A DNA stretch of 64,000 bases from Azolla caroliniana. Its lineage: Eukaryota; Plantae; Polypodiophyta. Where the stretch lies: contig JBHGNT010000018.1 of assembly GCA_043228905.1 (NCBI GenBank), positions 10,478,001 to 10,542,000 of the forward strand. The letters are read 5' to 3'. Made by a program: the position numbers and the translations under genes. This document shows, one piece after another, positions 62,240 through 64,000 of this stretch. Every line of letters begins with the position of its first letter. Within the stretch, counting starts at the first letter, position 1. Below the pieces are notes generated by a model. That model did not search any database. It was not told the DNA's origin and worked only from the letters and a program-made list of their open reading frames with translations.

Positions 62240-64000
62240 TGTGAAAATCCCCGGCATTGAAAGAGCAATGAAAGATGCAAATCAGAAACTGAGAAGATTA
62301 GATAGAGAGAAAAAAACCGTTCAAAGATATGGTTATGATACATACATGGTGATGCATTATGCATATATGTGTAAAGTGGTACAAATCCTTGATCTTAATA
62401 GTTTTGAAGAACCAAAAGCTGAGAAGAAATTGTTGAATGCAATGCAAGAAGAAATAGATGCATTGGTTGAAAATAAAACATGGGATTTGGTAAAATTGCC
62501 AAAAGGAGAAAATGTTGTGGGTTGCAAATGGGTATACAAAACAAAGCACGATTCCAATGAGAATGTAATGAGAATGTAAGTTAACATAAAACAAGTCTTG
62601 TTGCAAAAGGATATACTCAAACGCAAGGAATTGATTATGATGAAACATTTGCAATGGTTGCAAAAATGGTAACCTTGAGGACACTACTTGTTGTAAGTGC
62701 AGCCAAAAGAAGGTTTATGCACCATATGGATGTAAAAAATGCTTTTCTACATGGCAACTTAGAAGAGGAATTATACATGTGTCAACCACCAAGGTTTGAA
62801 GGTAAGAAGCATCCAGAATATGTTTGTAAGCTGAAACTATGGACTGAAACAAGCACCTAGATCATGGCACAAGAAACTTTCAGAATCTCTAATAAAAATT
62901 GCTTTCAAGATGTCAAAGGCTGATCCAACATTGTATGTAACGAAGATGAATGATTGCATTGTTGTTATTTTGATATATGTTGATGATTTAATCATCAGAG
63001 GTGACTCTATGGCTGAAATAAGCAAGTTGAAGAAAAATCTGGAAATGCAATTTCATATGAAGGATTTGAGAGAGCAGAAATACTTTCTTGGCATTGAGGT
63101 AATCATATTTGAAAGTGGAATATATTGATGCAAAAATAGTATGTTACAACTATGCTGAAGAAATATGGAATATTTGGATGCAATCCTATTCATGTACCAT
63201 TGGATAAAAACCGCAAATTGAGGGCTAACTTGGGAGCAAAAATAGCTAATGTGAATATGTATAGATCTATGGTGGGCAGCCTCATATATTTGACTATAAC
63301 ATGACCTGATCTAAGTTATGCAGTTGGATTAGTCAGCTAGTTTATGCAACAACCAACAAAGCCGCATTTGGATTGCATTAGAAGATTTTTGAGGTATGTA
63401 AAAGCTACTCAAAACTATGAACTGTTTTTACAGGGTTGGTCTGGACATAGAGCTAGAAGGATTTACAAATACAAATTGGGCTGGAAGTCAAATTGATAGA
63501 AGATCCACGAGTGGATATATGTTTACATTGGGAAATGCAAATATTACATGGAGTAGCAAGAAACAAGCTATTGTTGCACTATCAAGTATTGAAGCTAAAT
63601 ATTGAGGAGCTGCAATAGCTACATGTGAAGAAGTATGGATTATAAGATTGCTTGCTGATTTGGCAGAGTACATAAATGGTGCAATCACAATTTGGTGTGA
63701 CAATATGAGCAATATTCAACTCGCAAAAAAACTAGTGTTTCATGCAAGACCAAAGCACATTGAAGTGCATTATCACTTTGTTAGAGAAAAAGTGATTGAT
63801 GGGGAAATATACCTGCAATATGTGAGTACAAATTAGCAAGTACAAACATTCTTACAATGAGACTAAGCATAGAAAAACATACATAGTTTTAAGGACATGT
63901 TGGGAGTTATAAGCATATTGATATGATAGCTAGAAAGCATGAAGAAAAAAAGATTGAAGATGATCACAAGAATGGAAAAGTTGAGCTTAAGGGGGAGTGT

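Larger units (their letters stand above)
45045..64000 (+). mobile_element. Old degenerate Copia J (INT 45045-46114; RT/RH 62240-63890; PPT and 3' LTR start at the window end), split by element D
   Basis: CGTCQYGKQ, LVHTNVWGP, KGYKCY; then KWVYK, HMDVKNAFLHG, YVDD, RRSTSGY, KHIEVHYHF; AAGGGGGAG|TGT at 63989-64000. Confidence 0.88.

Overview
This is repeat-dense plant nuclear DNA. A non-seed land plant is likely, inferred from the Tcn1-like chromovirus and the other Gypsy lineages present. One intact host gene is present: an 8-exon RPN3/PSMD3 26S-proteasome lid subunit (minus strand, 37347-42591, about 497 aa). It lies between stacks of nested transposons. The left stack is a pogo/Tigger-like DNA transposon, into which Arg-primed Gypsy A inserted, into which Trp-primed element C inserted. 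C carries a Gag-plus-repeat ORF of more than 870 codons that the ORF track misses. The middle stack is Copia H, hosting Copia E, hosting chromoviral Gypsy F, hosting young Copia G; the E, F and G insertions have readable TSDs. The right stack is Copia J, hosting fungal-like Gypsy D, hosting full-length Gypsy B, which has an extra coiled-coil ORF. The most notable signals are three. F combines heat-shock-element arrays with an apparent tRNA-independent, self-priming PBS. C and D look like a non-autonomous/autonomous-type pair in a fungal-like lineage, with a tRNA-Trp PBS seen in C. B carries an approximately 886-codon extra ORF preceded by a splice-acceptor-like site. All coordinates and comparisons were read by eye; no database searches were run.
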